This document shows positions 46,086 to 55,901 of a stretch of 64,000 nucleotides of DNA, piece by piece. Source of the stretch: Candidatus Latescibacterota bacterium (lineage in GTDB: Bacteria > Latescibacterota > UBA2968 > GCA-2709665); NCBI GenBank assembly GCA_965205485.1, contig OZ242180.1, positions 2,144,001-2,208,000 of the forward strand, read 5' to 3'. Within the stretch, counting starts at the first letter, position 1. Each line of letters begins with the position of its first letter. Under the pieces are notes generated by a model. It did not search any database and was not told the DNA's origin. It worked only from the letters and a program-made list of their open reading frames with translations. The translations under genes and the position numbers were made by a program.

Positions 46086-47393
46086 TCAGTAGAACAACCC
46101 CCAGATCCGGCCGATGTCGCCGAAGGTCACGTACACCATGAGGCCGAGCAGGAATACGAACCCGACCTGCTGGATTCTCTCTTTCTGACGTGCGGAAAGC
46201 GACCGGCGTGATATGGCTTCCACGCTCAGGATCATCAGATGGCCGCCGTCCAGCGCCGGAATCGGCAACAGATTCAGCACGGCGAGATTGATACTCAACA
46301 TCGCCATGAAATCGAGCAGCGCTTCCCAACCCTCTCTCGCCTTGCTCCCGGCCATTTGCGCGATTCCCACCGGACCTGCGATCATTCCTCCGGACACTTC
46401 GCCCATGATGATGCGCTTGATCAGCGTGAATATCAGCGTGGTATACCCCACCAGGTCCCGTCCGCTGCGTTCAATGGCGGTAGCAATCTTCACCGGTACC
46501 CGAGCGCTGGGCTCGTAGGACGGACCGATGCCGATCACACCGATGGTTCGCCCCCCGCCCTGCTGGGGTTGAGGCACGATTCGCGCCGCCATCTCCTCTT
46601 TGCCCCGCAACCACCGAATCTCGGTTTCCAGCCCCGGCCTCGCGGAGATTTCCTCCCTCATCTCGTCCCATCCGCTCACGGATCTGCCGTCGATCGACAA
46701 CACACGGTCTCCAGGCTCCATCCCGCATCTCGCAGCCGGATAACCCGGCATCACCGATCCGGCAGTGGGAGGGAGAAAGGGATCGAATCCCAACTCCTGC
46801 CCGGGATCGGGTGCGGCGACAAGAAACACCACTTCGTCGCCGCGAGCCACTTCAAGGGCAACGTCACGGACGTCAACCGCGCTGTATGCATCGATCAGTC
46901 CACCCCAGTTGTCTACCGTGGTTCCGTTTATCGCCAGGATCCGGTCCTCCACGCGCAATCCGGCCGCATAGAACGGAGACGTCGCCTCGATCCTGCCTAC
47001 CTTCGTCGTCTGTAAGACAAAGTCCCCCAGCGTGAGGCGAAGTCCCAATATCAGCATGAATCCGAGGAGAAAATTCATGATGGGACCGGCGATCATGACC
47101 GCCATCTGAATTCCCCTCGGCTTCGACTGAAATTCCCATGGCTCCCGATTGACGTCCGCACTGCCGAAATCCGACATTCCCGCCACCTTCACGTATCCTC
47201 CAATGGGCAGCCAGGAAATGCAATATTCGGTCTCGCCAACCGTGATGCCGAACGCCTTGGGTGGAAATCCCAGCGAGAACTGCTCCACGCGAATGCCCGA
47301 TCTTTTGGCCACGATGAAGTGACCGAATTCGTGAACGAAGACCAGGACGCCCAATACCAGGATGAAATAGAAGATGGTTTCCAGAAATTCCAA
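46086..47393 (-). CDS. rseP: RIP metalloprotease RseP with two PDZ domains
   Basis: HEFGH, LPIGGYV, AGP..N, NLLPIPALDGGH. Confidence 0.96.
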   Translation of the reverse strand: MEFLETIFYFILVLGVLVFVHEFGHFIVAKRSGIRVEQFSLGFPPKAFGITVGETEYCISWLPIGGYVKVAGMSDFGSADVNREPWEFQSKPRGIQMAVMIAGPIMNFLLGFMLILGLRLTLGDFVLQTTKVGRIEATSPFYAAGLRVEDRILAINGTTVDNWGGLIDAYSAVDVRDVALEVARGDEVVFLVAAPDPGQELGFDPFLPPTAGSVMPGYPAARCGMEPGDRVLSIDGRSVSGWDEMREEISARPGLETEIRWLRGKEEMAARIVPQPQQGGGRTIGVIGIGPSYEPSARVPVKIATAIERSGRDLVGYTTLIFTLIKRIIMGEVSGGMIAGPVGIAQMAGSKAREGWEALLDFMAMLSINLAVLNLLPIPALDGGHLMILSVEAISRRSLSARQKERIQQVGFVFLLGLMVYVTFGDIGRIWGLFY

Positions 47394-47427
47394 AGCGCTG
47401 AACTCCTTTAGCCTTTACAGTAAGACA

Positions 47428-48585
47428 TCAACGTAAAATGCGCGCCACGATCTCCCTCGCCTTCTCCCGCCCCCAGCGGTCCGCTTCGAATACCGTGTCG
47501 AGATTCGCGCCGGATGCGTTGACATGTGCATCGAGGGTCCGTCGCACGACGTCCGGTACATCCAGAAACCCGATGCGTCCGGCCAGAAAGGCATAGACGC
47601 CGATTTCGTTGGCTGCATTAAGTACTGCCGGCGCAGTTCCTCCCTCGCGACACACTTCATAGGCTAGCGTAAGACAGGGAAACCGCTCGAGATCCGGCGC
47701 GTGAAAGCTCAACGAACCCGTGGACACGAGGTCCAGCGACGGGACGGGGGTCGGCAGCCGTTCGGGATGGGTCAATGCCTGTTGAATGGGCAGTCGCATA
47801 TCCGGGTGGCTCAAGTGCGCGGTCAGGCTTCCGTCCAGGAACTCCACCAGACAATGCACGATCGACTGCCGGTGAATCACGACGTCGATCTGTTCGATGT
47901 CGAGCCCGAGAAACCAACGGGATTCGATCACTTCGAAACCCTTGTTCATCAACGTCGCGGAATCGATCGTGATCTTCGGCCCCATCCGCCAGGTTGGATG
48001 GCGGAGGGCCTCTTCCGGTGTCGCGCGGGCCATCTCGTCCAGAGACATATCGAAAAACGGGCCCCCCGAGGCGGAAAGCACGATGCGGGTCACCTGCTGA
48101 GGCGAAACTCCCTGAAGGTTCTGCCACAGGGGTGTAAGTTCGCTGTCCAGAGGGATCAACCGCACGCCGTTGCGCGCCGCGAGTTCCGTGACCAGGTGGC
48201 CCGCTACCACCAGCGTCTCCTTATTCGCAATAGCGACGTCCTTGCCTGCCTCAACCGCCGCCAGGGTTGGCCGCAGTCCTGCCCCCGCAACCAGCCCGTT
48301 GATCACCAGGTCCACCCTGGAGTCGGTCGCCAACGCGATGAGTCCGTCAGGACCGTGCAACAGCTCCACACCCTTCAGTTCATTCCTTTCGCCCGCTTCC
48401 TTTGCGTACTCCTCTCCCACGCAGACCCGTTTCGGACGGAAACGCGTCACCTGATCGCAGAGCAGATCGATATTGCTTCCCGCGCTGAGGCATTCCACTT
48501 CGAACCGTTCAGGCAGACCGGCAAGTACGTCCAGCGTACTGGTACCGATAGATCCCGTCGACCCAAGCAGCGAAGCCCGCATCAT
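47428..48585 (-). CDS. dxr: 1-deoxy-D-xylulose-5-phosphate reductoisomerase
   Basis: LGSTGSIG, ANKE, ASGGPF, HPTWRMGPKITIDSATLMNKG.E, DMRLPI, NAANE. Confidence 0.96.
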   Translation of the reverse strand: MMRASLLGSTGSIGTSTLDVLAGLPERFEVECLSAGSNIDLLCDQVTRFRPKRVCVGEEYAKEAGERNELKGVELLHGPDGLIALATDSRVDLVINGLVAGAGLRPTLAAVEAGKDVAIANKETLVVAGHLVTELAARNGVRLIPLDSELTPLWQNLQGVSPQQVTRIVLSASGGPFFDMSLDEMARATPEEALRHPTWRMGPKITIDSATLMNKGFEVIESRWFLGLDIEQIDVVIHRQSIVHCLVEFLDGSLTAHLSHPDMRLPIQQALTHPERLPTPVPSLDLVSTGSLSFHAPDLERFPCLTLAYEVCREGGTAPAVLNAANEIGVYAFLAGRIGFLDVPDVVRRTLDAHVNASGANLDTVFEADRWGREKAREIVARILR

Positions 48586-48647
48586 ACAAACACCCCATTC
48601 ATGTCAACGGGTAGGCGTATTTGACGGTTCGTGGAACGCACGATCGT

Positions 48648-49478
48648 CTAATGAAACATGCGCAGGTAGAGATACACCACGGGGTATACAAACAGAAAAC
48701 TGTCGAACCGGTCCAGCACGCCGCCGTGTCCGGGAATCAGGGCGGAGGCATCCTTGACCCCCGCGTTCCTTTTGATCATCGATTCGACCAGGTCTCCCCA
48801 CAGCGCGCCCAAACCCACCACGATTCCCAGAGAGATACCGGCTGGAATGGAGTACAATTTCAAGACGATTCCACCGGCAATCATCACCGATACAGCACCG
48901 AAGATTCCACCAGCAAAGCCTGCCCCGGTCTTACCGGGGCTGATACGTGGAAAAGGATGTCGTTTCCCCCAGAACCTGCCCGCAAAATAGGCGAAAATAT
49001 CCGTACTCCAGATTCCCAGAAGCACGAGAACAGCGAACCACCTCGCGCCGGCTTCGGCGGGTTCGAATCCGGAATAGTTCCGAACCAGCAGGGCAAAGGC
49101 GGACAATAAACCGACATAGCACGTCCCGATGAAGGTCGCTTCGGCGTCCGCCAGTCGAAATTGGCCGTTCCTGCTTCCCATTGACAGGGTGAGCAGGACA
49201 AGGAGGATCACCACGGACGGAACCAGCCAGAGTCGATCTCCGAACCAGTTCAGCCAGAGACACCAAACCAAAGAGGCCGCAACCCCGATGCCCGTCCAGG
49301 GATGCAGCCCCCTCTTTTTCTGCATCTGGCAGTATTCCCACGTACCACGAGCAGCCACCGCGCATACGCCGATCAGGAGTGGTATTCCACCAAACCAGAA
49401 CAGAACCAGAAAAAGCGGCCCGAAGACCGCCGCCGCTGAGACCCGGTGAAACAGATTCGACTGTACCGCCAAAACCAC
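48648..49478 (-). CDS. cdsA: Phosphatidate cytidylyltransferase
   Basis: WSTDIFAY, ISPGKT, GDLVESMIKR..GVKD, PGHGGVLDRFDS. Confidence 0.95.
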   Translation of the reverse strand: MVLAVQSNLFHRVSAAAVFGPLFLVLFWFGGIPLLIGVCAVAARGTWEYCQMQKKRGLHPWTGIGVAASLVWCLWLNWFGDRLWLVPSVVILLVLLTLSMGSRNGQFRLADAEATFIGTCYVGLLSAFALLVRNYSGFEPAEAGARWFAVLVLLGIWSTDIFAYFAGRFWGKRHPFPRISPGKTGAGFAGGIFGAVSVMIAGGIVLKLYSIPAGISLGIVVGLGALWGDLVESMIKRNAGVKDASALIPGHGGVLDRFDSFLFVYPVVYLYLRMFH

Positions 49479-49515
49479 TCCTGCCTGACGGAAGCGAACG
49501 TTCGAGTGAACCCCG

Positions 49516-50343
49516 TTACGCGGGCTTCACTCCGGTCGCCGCGCCCATCCGCTCTGCAACCCCGTTCCCGGCGCCATTGGCCGAAGAACGGACCTGCGCG
49601 CTGGTCTTTCCGAAACGTCGCTCCCGGGACTGATACGCCCGAACGGCTTCGTATAGATGTTCGCGCCTGAAATCGGGCCACAGGACCGGCGTAAACCAGA
49701 ATTCCGTGTACGCACACTGCCAGAGCATGAAATTACTCAGACGAAACTCTCCGCTTGTTCGGATCAGTAAATCCGGGTCGGGAAGATCGGTGGTGTAAAG
49801 CATCCTGGAAAACAGCTTTCCGTCGATACCATCGCTGTTGACGCTTCCCTGTTCCACCGCGGAGGCGATACGTCTGACGGCCTGGAGAATATCGCTGCGG
49901 CCATCGTAACTCATCGCCAGATTCAGCGTCAGCCCGGTGTTTTCGGAGGTCCTGAACATGGCATATTTCATCGCCTGCCGCGCCTGCCTTGCCAGACGGT
50001 CCGTATCTCCGGTTGCAATCAGGCGTACGTTATTTTCGAGGAGTTCCTTCAGCTCTTCAACAGCAACGTCTCGCAACAATTGCATTAACGAAAGGACTTC
50101 CGCCCAGGGGCGCCGCCAGTTGTCCGTTCCAAATGCAAACAGCGTGAGGATATCTATTCCGAGTTCCCCACAGGCCCGCACGATGTCACGCACGACTTTG
50201 CGAGCGGAACGGTGGCCCTGAGTTCTGACAAGTCCATGTTTTTGCGCCCAGCGGCCATTCCCGTCCATGATGATTGCCACATGCCCCGGGAGATTGCCAT
50301 CTGCTTTCAGTTCATTTTGAATTTCCACGTCGTAGCGATCCAA
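49516..50343 (-). CDS. uppS: Undecaprenyl diphosphate synthase
   Basis: HVAIIMDGNGRWA, NWRRP, PDPDLLIRTSGE.RLSNF.LWQ. Confidence 0.95.
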   Translation of the reverse strand: MDRYDVEIQNELKADGNLPGHVAIIMDGNGRWAQKHGLVRTQGHRSARKVVRDIVRACGELGIDILTLFAFGTDNWRRPWAEVLSLMQLLRDVAVEELKELLENNVRLIATGDTDRLARQARQAMKYAMFRTSENTGLTLNLAMSYDGRSDILQAVRRIASAVEQGSVNSDGIDGKLFSRMLYTTDLPDPDLLIRTSGEFRLSNFMLWQCAYTEFWFTPVLWPDFRREHLYEAVRAYQSRERRFGKTSAQVRSSANGAGNGVAERMGAATGVKPA

Positions 50344-50475
50344 GATTTCCTCGCAAGAATTGCCGTTAATACTTCAAAATTCGGCATTTGAAATTTAAAG
50401 GCCCACACAGTCAAAGTCAAGCGAACTTTTCCGTCCGACCGCGCCGGTACGTCCGTATTCCATGCCCCTCCCGTC

Positions 50476-50504
50476 TTGACAACCCGCAGCCTCCGAAGTA
50501 TAGT
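50476..50504 (+). promoter_or_regulatory. Sigma70-like promoter
   Basis: TTGACA, 17 bp, TATAGT upstream of the CDS at 50552. Confidence 0.7.
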
Positions 50505-50551
50505 TATTAACCCCGACGCCGCAGGAAAGTTTCAAGTCGAACCAACTCCCT

Positions 50552-51121
50552 ATGCCATCCAAAAAGCAAATCCGAAGTGCCGTCAGAAAACGGCGGTCCA
50601 AGCTGCGGTTGGGGGAGGTTCGCGCCCGGAGCGATCGCATTGTTGTGCGCCTGACCGGCCAGGAGGTCTACCGCCGCGCCGGATGCGTGGCCAGCTATGT
50701 CTCAATCTCGAACGAAGTCGACACCCACTCCCTCATCGATCTTGCCCTGGATAGTGGAAAACGGGTTGCAGTGCCTGTCGTAGAGCCGAACCGCGCGCTG
50801 ATCCACCGGGAAATCCGCGGCCTGGCTGAATTGAGTCCATCGGGTTCAGGCCTTCTGGAGCCGTCCGGCGAGGACGGCGCCGTGGTGCCGCCCGACGCCT
50901 TCGATGTCGTCCTCGTACCCGGTCTGGCCTTCGACCGCGCCGGAAATCGCGTGGGCTACGGGGCCGGATACTACGACCGTTTCCTTGCAATGGCGCCTGC
51001 TGTCAAAATCGGCCTCGCATACGACTTCCAGCTCTTCGACCGGCTGCCGGCCGGTCCTCGCGATATCCCGATGGACGTGGTCGTCACGGAATCTGGAATT
51101 CACTTCGCGGACCGGGCGTGA
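50552..51121 (+). CDS. ygfA: 5-formyltetrahydrofolate cyclo-ligase
   Basis: VPGLAFD..GNRVGYGAGYYDRFL, EVDT, DIPMD.VVTE. Confidence 0.93.
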   Translation: MPSKKQIRSAVRKRRSKLRLGEVRARSDRIVVRLTGQEVYRRAGCVASYVSISNEVDTHSLIDLALDSGKRVAVPVVEPNRALIHREIRGLAELSPSGSGLLEPSGEDGAVVPPDAFDVVLVPGLAFDRAGNRVGYGAGYYDRFLAMAPAVKIGLAYDFQLFDRLPAGPRDIPMDVVVTESGIHFADRA

Positions 51122-51166
51122 AGTCCTGAAGGCGGTAAATGTGCAGACGCGATACAGGAGTCCCAG

Positions 51167-51949
51167 ATGCCGATGTCACCCGCTGAACTGCGCCTTGTCA
51201 TCAACCGGCACCGTGCGTGGATCGATTCTGAAGGAACGACAGGTGAACGGGCCGATTTGTCCGGCGAAAACCTGAGCCGGGCGGAACTCCGGGATGCCAG
51301 ACTCCGCTGCGCGGATCTGAGCGAAGCCATCCTGAGCGGTGCGCGGATCCAGGACGCCGACCTGCTCGGCGCCAATCTCCAGCGTGCAAGGCTCTACGAA
51401 GCCAATTTCCGGGATGCAAACCTTCAGGACGCAGATCTCTCCGGCGCTCTCCTCCAGCGCGCCCGGTTTCGGGGCGCGAATCTCAGGAACGCCGATCTGG
51501 CGCCGGCAGACCTGGAACTCGCCGACCTGACGAATGCCGATCTTTCCGGCGCCCGGCTGCGCAGGGCCACGCTGCGTGGAGCGAACCTGCGAGACGCCAC
51601 GCTTTGCGGGACCGATCTGCGGAACGCTGATCTCCAGGACGCCAACTTTCTGAGTGCCGACCTGCAGGGAGCCAATCTGAGAGGCGCAAACCTTCAGAGT
51701 GCGAATCTTCAGGGGGCCGACCTCAGGAACGCCGACCTGCAGAGCGCAAGGCTGCAGAATGCGGACCTTGTACAGGCTGACCTCCGGTGCGCCAGTTTCA
51801 TCAAGGCCCGAATGCAGAACGCCGATCTCTATAAGGCCAATATTGTGAATTCGGACCTTCGCGGCGCCGACCTGAGAAATGCCGTCGGCTTTACCGGCAG
51901 ACACATCGGACAAGCGCGTACGGATGAGACGACCAGGATCCGCGACTGA
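51167..51949 (+). CDS. Pentapeptide-repeat protein
   Basis: Continuous A(D/N)Lxx repeats after an H..W...G.RADLS N-terminus. Confidence 0.93.
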   Translation: MPMSPAELRLVINRHRAWIDSEGTTGERADLSGENLSRAELRDARLRCADLSEAILSGARIQDADLLGANLQRARLYEANFRDANLQDADLSGALLQRARFRGANLRNADLAPADLELADLTNADLSGARLRRATLRGANLRDATLCGTDLRNADLQDANFLSADLQGANLRGANLQSANLQGADLRNADLQSARLQNADLVQADLRCASFIKARMQNADLYKANIVNSDLRGADLRNAVGFTGRHIGQARTDETTRIRD

Positions 51950-51972
51950 CGTCTGATTTTACAGGTTCAGAA

Positions 51973-52947
51973 TTAATGAAGTTGCCGGGGACCGGTCTGT
52001 CCGGCCACTTCCGCCTGTGTGCGGAGAATTGGCGGCGGCAGGCACGCCAGATGTACGATCCGGCTTGTCGCGGGGTGGGTGAAGTGGAGTTCCTGGGCGT
52101 GAAGGTGGTATCCGATGTCTCCAGGCAGCGGCGCCCGGCCTCCAGCGGTTGGAACCGCCGGAAGGCCGCCGGAGCGATAAAGGGGGTCGTCAATCAGCGG
52201 GTGACCGGCCGCGGCAAGATGAATCCGGATCTGGTGGGCGCGGCCGGTGACGAGATTGACACGGATCAGGCTCCGATTGCGGTCCAGGTTGCGGTTGAGG
52301 ACCCGGCATTCTGTCCTGGCGGGTTTTCCCCCGCTCGTCGCCGCGTACAGGTATCCGGTCGGGGCAAAGGGAATCCGCCCGATGGGTACATCCACCGCAA
52401 ACCGGTCGGGCATGTCCGTACCGGCGACGAGCGCGCGGTAGATTTTGCATACACGGCGGTTTCGGAATTCCTCTGAAAGGACTCGTCTTGCCAACTCGGT
52501 ACGGGCGAACAGAACCAGGCCCGATGTTCCCCGTCCGAGGCGATGGAGTGGCGCGGGGCCCGGGGTTTCCCGGTATTTTTCGCGGATGCAGGCGAGAAGG
52601 GTATTCCGAAGGTGATGGCCGCCGGGCAGCACGGGGAGGCCGGCGGGTTTGGCTACGGCAATAATGTGTTCGTCTTCGTAGAGCAGCGCGAACGAACGAG
52701 GGGTATCCGGTTCCCGCCACGGCCTGCGGCGGTAGGTGAGCCGCTGTCCCGCGAGAAGCCGGGTTTCTGGCGTGGTCGGCCTGTCATCCAGCCGCACATC
52801 GCCGGACACGATACGATTGCGCCAGGCTTCCCGCGACGAGTGCGGATAACGCCGGAGATAGAACTGAAGAACGGTTTCCCCCGCAGCGTCGTGCTGGATA
52901 CGGTTCCTGTAGGTCCAACCCTGATTTGTCGGCGTGTTTTCGCACAT
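51973..52947 (-). CDS. RluA-family pseudouridine synthase homologue with S4 domain; catalytic Asp replaced by Gly
   Basis: YEDE...AKPAGLPV.P, HRLGRGTSG (canonical HRLD..TSG), K.Y.ALV, TGRAHQIRIH, LHA. Confidence 0.88.
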   Translation of the reverse strand: MCENTPTNQGWTYRNRIQHDAAGETVLQFYLRRYPHSSREAWRNRIVSGDVRLDDRPTTPETRLLAGQRLTYRRRPWREPDTPRSFALLYEDEHIIAVAKPAGLPVLPGGHHLRNTLLACIREKYRETPGPAPLHRLGRGTSGLVLFARTELARRVLSEEFRNRRVCKIYRALVAGTDMPDRFAVDVPIGRIPFAPTGYLYAATSGGKPARTECRVLNRNLDRNRSLIRVNLVTGRAHQIRIHLAAAGHPLIDDPLYRSGGLPAVPTAGGRAPLPGDIGYHLHAQELHFTHPATSRIVHLACLPPPILRTQAEVAGQTGPRQLH

Positions 52948-53205
52948 ATTCGTGAAATATAACGGTGTTAAGGGGTCCGTGCTATTTCAATTCGGCCCGT
53001 GGTGTTCGCCCGCGGGCGGTTCCTGTCGTCTCACGGACGACAACACCGGGGTGTACTGTAACATACGACGCGGCGACTGCGGGTTCACGGACCGGGTGAG
53101 GTCTCGACTGATTCGTCTCAAGTTTATGGTATTGATGCAGATAGACTATTATCACCGCTTGCAGGCAAGGTATGGCACAGCAATTGCGGAACAGATTTCG
53201 ATGGA

Positions 53206-54138
53206 ATGGGATTTGTCCCGGAAAACGCGCCGCGTCGGATCGGCATTGCCCTCAAGGAGCGGAGACCGCGGGTTGCGGCAGGCCGATGCGCAAGGCCTGG
53301 CCGCGCGGCGAGGTGCGGTCTCCTCAGGGTGCGGATCGGACTCGCCGCCTGCTGCGGGCTCCTGTACGTTTTCGCGATCGCGTCCCGAACTGACGCCGCA
53401 TTCGAGTTTCGGGCGGTGGGTGCCCGGCCCGGCGGGATGGGAGACACGTTCGCGGGTTGGGTGGAAGGCGTCGAAGGCGTCTTCTGGAATGCGGGCGCGG
53501 TAGCCTGGGGCAAGGGCGTCAGTATCACGGGGGGGTACGAGCGTCCGTTCGGCATGGCGGTGCTGGATGCCCATGCGATCGGGGCTGTCGCATCTACCGG
53601 CCGCGTCGCCGTGGGCCTGAGTTATCTGGAGTACGGATTCAGCCTGTACCGTGAGCGGACCGGCGGGCTGACGATCGGTCTCCGGGTTGTATCCCGGCTG
53701 GGTCTCGGGGTGAGGATCCGGCGCATGCAACTTTCCGTTGCCGGCGCCGACAGCCGCGCGTGGACGGCGTTCGATCTGGGCGCCAGGATAGTGCTCAGCC
53801 CAAGGATTACACTTGGGCTTGCGGCGTGGAATGCAGGCGGGCAGTCGGTGGACGTATTGGGTCAGGGTGGAATGGCAGGCGTGGCGTTTGAGGCGGTACG
53901 TAACGTGGCGCTGCTCGTGGACGTTCGCAAGGAGGCCGGCCGTCCCACGGGGGTGAGTGCGGGCCTGGAATACAGACCCGCCCGCCGGGTTGTGCTTCGG
54001 ATGGGCGCCGGGGGCGGGGCCGAGCGATTGTGCGTGGGGGCGGGTGCGCTTCACCGGGGCCTGCGGATCGACTACGCGGCGCTGCACCATACCGTGCTGG
54101 GGCTGACACACCGGGTCTCCCTGACGATTGGACGTTGA
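53206..54138 (+). CDS. Putative outer-membrane beta-barrel (PorV/FadL-like); start uncertain
   Basis: GARPGGMG....WN.G N-terminal motif, alternating beta strands, IDYA...LGLTHRVSL C-terminus. Confidence 0.65.
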   Translation: MGFVPENAPRRIGIALKERRPRVAAGRCARPGRAARCGLLRVRIGLAACCGLLYVFAIASRTDAAFEFRAVGARPGGMGDTFAGWVEGVEGVFWNAGAVAWGKGVSITGGYERPFGMAVLDAHAIGAVASTGRVAVGLSYLEYGFSLYRERTGGLTIGLRVVSRLGLGVRIRRMQLSVAGADSRAWTAFDLGARIVLSPRITLGLAAWNAGGQSVDVLGQGGMAGVAFEAVRNVALLVDVRKEAGRPTGVSAGLEYRPARRVVLRMGAGGGAERLCVGAGALHRGLRIDYAALHHTVLGLTHRVSLTIGR

Positions 54139-54151
54139 ACGGTGCGCGATC

Positions 54152-54180
54152 TTGACACTGGGAGGATGATGTCCTATTTT
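54152..54180 (+). promoter_or_regulatory. Sigma70-like promoter
   Basis: TTGACA, 17 bp, TATTTT upstream of the PASTA gene. Confidence 0.5.
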
Positions 54181-54260
54181 TGAATCTGACACTGCCCGGA
54201 GGTCTCAGACCCCGGTAATGTGTTCGTAATCCGGTTCAGAAAAAGGCGGAAAAAAGACGG

Positions 54261-54995
54261 ATGGTCAAGAGGTTGATACGAGAGGCGGCGCTGTTCGCGG
54301 GTTGCGCGGTTTTCACCGGTATCGTGGGGCTGATCCTGCTCGATCGATTCATCATGCCGCGGCTGGTCCGGGCCGGCCAGCGTGTTGAGGTCCCCGATAT
54401 TGTGAATCTGACACCGGAAGACGCCGGCCGTGCGCTGTCCCGGCGGGGGCTGAGGTTGAAGTTGCAGCCCGCGCGATGGGACACATCCGTTGCCGAAGGC
54501 AGACTGGTACAACAGAATCCGCTTGCGAATTCGCACGTGAAGATAAACAGGACGGTCTACGCGGTGCCGAGTCGCGGGGTCCGGCTCTTCGAGGTGCCCG
54601 ATCTCAGGGAGAAATCCCTTCGCCAGGCCCAGCTGTGGATTGCACAGGCGGGCCTGGCCATGGGGGATACGCTTGAAGACGCGTCCGATATCGTCAAGGA
54701 GGGGTTGATCATCAGCCAGGACCCGCCTGCCGGACAAAAGGTACAAAGCGGAACACCAATCTCGGTTACGTTAAGCAACGGTCCTCCCGGAGAGATGGTC
54801 CCTATGCCGAATCTGGTTGGGAAGCCGCTTGAAACCGCCCGCGCCGAGCTGGCGGAAGCAGGGCTCCAGGTACGGGACATCCGGTATGAATTCAGCACCC
54901 AGCATCTGTTGAACGTGGTGATCCGGCATGTGCCCGAGTCGGGTGAAGAAGTGAAACAGGGCGCGCGGGTGCGGCTGGTGGTGAGCAAATTGTAA
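54261..54995 (+). CDS. Membrane-anchored triple-PASTA domain protein
   Basis: One TM, then three (V/M)P(D/N)...Q.P..G..V repeats. Confidence 0.9.
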   Translation: MVKRLIREAALFAGCAVFTGIVGLILLDRFIMPRLVRAGQRVEVPDIVNLTPEDAGRALSRRGLRLKLQPARWDTSVAEGRLVQQNPLANSHVKINRTVYAVPSRGVRLFEVPDLREKSLRQAQLWIAQAGLAMGDTLEDASDIVKEGLIISQDPPAGQKVQSGTPISVTLSNGPPGEMVPMPNLVGKPLETARAELAEAGLQVRDIRYEFSTQHLLNVVIRHVPESGEEVKQGARVRLVVSKL

Positions 54996-55076
54996 CCGGT
55001 GGTTGCCGCCGCGCATCGGTTTCCGATTGAAGCCGCGCCCTTCCGAACCCCCAGCCGGAAATTTGGAGGTTTTTTT

Positions 55077-55742
55077 ATGATCAAAATCGCCCCGTCTTTC
55101 CTGTCAGCGGATTTCGTCGTACTCGAACGCGAGATTCGGGCGGTGGAAGCAGCCGGCGCGGACTATATTCACCTGGACGTGATGGACGGGCATTTTGTGC
55201 CGAATATCACATTCGGTCCGATGGTTGTGGAAGCCATAAGTAAAACGACGGCGCTGACCCTGGACGTGCATCTCATGATTTCCGATCCGGGCAAGTACCT
55301 GAGAGCGTTCGCGGACAGCGGCGCCGACATCTGTACCATACACGTTGAGGCCGGCGGGGACTTGCGCGCACTTCTGGTTGAAATCCGGAAGTTGGGAATG
55401 CGGGCAGGCGCCACTGCGAAGCCCGCAACACCGGCGGAGGCGCTCTATCCGCTGTTGCCGTATCTGGATCTGGCGCTTGTGATGTCGGTGGAGCCCGGAT
55501 TCGGCGGCCAGGCGTTTATGCCCGAGTCACTGGAAACCGTGCGGAGATTGCGGGCGGAGGTCATGCGCCAGGGTGTGAATGCGGAAATAGAAATCGACGG
55601 GGGCATCGGATTGGAAAACGCCGGGCTGGCGGTCGCGGCGGGAGCGGAAGTGCTGGTCGCCGGTTCGGCCGCGTTTCGTGATGGCAAGGTGGTTGAGAAC
55701 GTGGCTGCGCTTCGCCGCGCGGGACTCGCGGGACTGAGGTAG
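55077..55742 (+). CDS. rpe: Ribulose-phosphate 3-epimerase
   Basis: IAPS.LSADF, HLDVMDGHFVPN, DVHLM, MSVEPGFGGQ, IDGGI, VAGSA. Confidence 0.97.
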   Translation: MIKIAPSFLSADFVVLEREIRAVEAAGADYIHLDVMDGHFVPNITFGPMVVEAISKTTALTLDVHLMISDPGKYLRAFADSGADICTIHVEAGGDLRALLVEIRKLGMRAGATAKPATPAEALYPLLPYLDLALVMSVEPGFGGQAFMPESLETVRRLRAEVMRQGVNAEIEIDGGIGLENAGLAVAAGAEVLVAGSAAFRDGKVVENVAALRRAGLAGLR

Positions 55743-55901
55743 CCAGGGGACCGGGCCCAACAACGTCAGAACCCGGTGGTTCTGAAGCGAGGGACGGTCG
55801 GAGAGGCGTCCGATTCTGGAGTTTTTTGTTGCGTTAATCGCTGTCGTCCCGTATTTTTACAGGTCTGTTTCCCTTTTCAGTATTAACATCAGGTACGCCC
55901 C

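Noticed and set aside
50344..50551. 6S RNA upstream of ygfA
   Set aside because: The promoter lies under 50 bp from the start codon, leaving no room, and no long rod fold is evident.
51240..51890. 15-bp periodic DNA repeats
   Set aside because: Fully explained by pentapeptide-repeat coding.
55743..55901. SRP RNA upstream of ffh
   Set aside because: A hairpin (tcagaacc/ggttctga) is present, but the conserved helix-8 CAGG...GGAA...AGCAG motif is absent.
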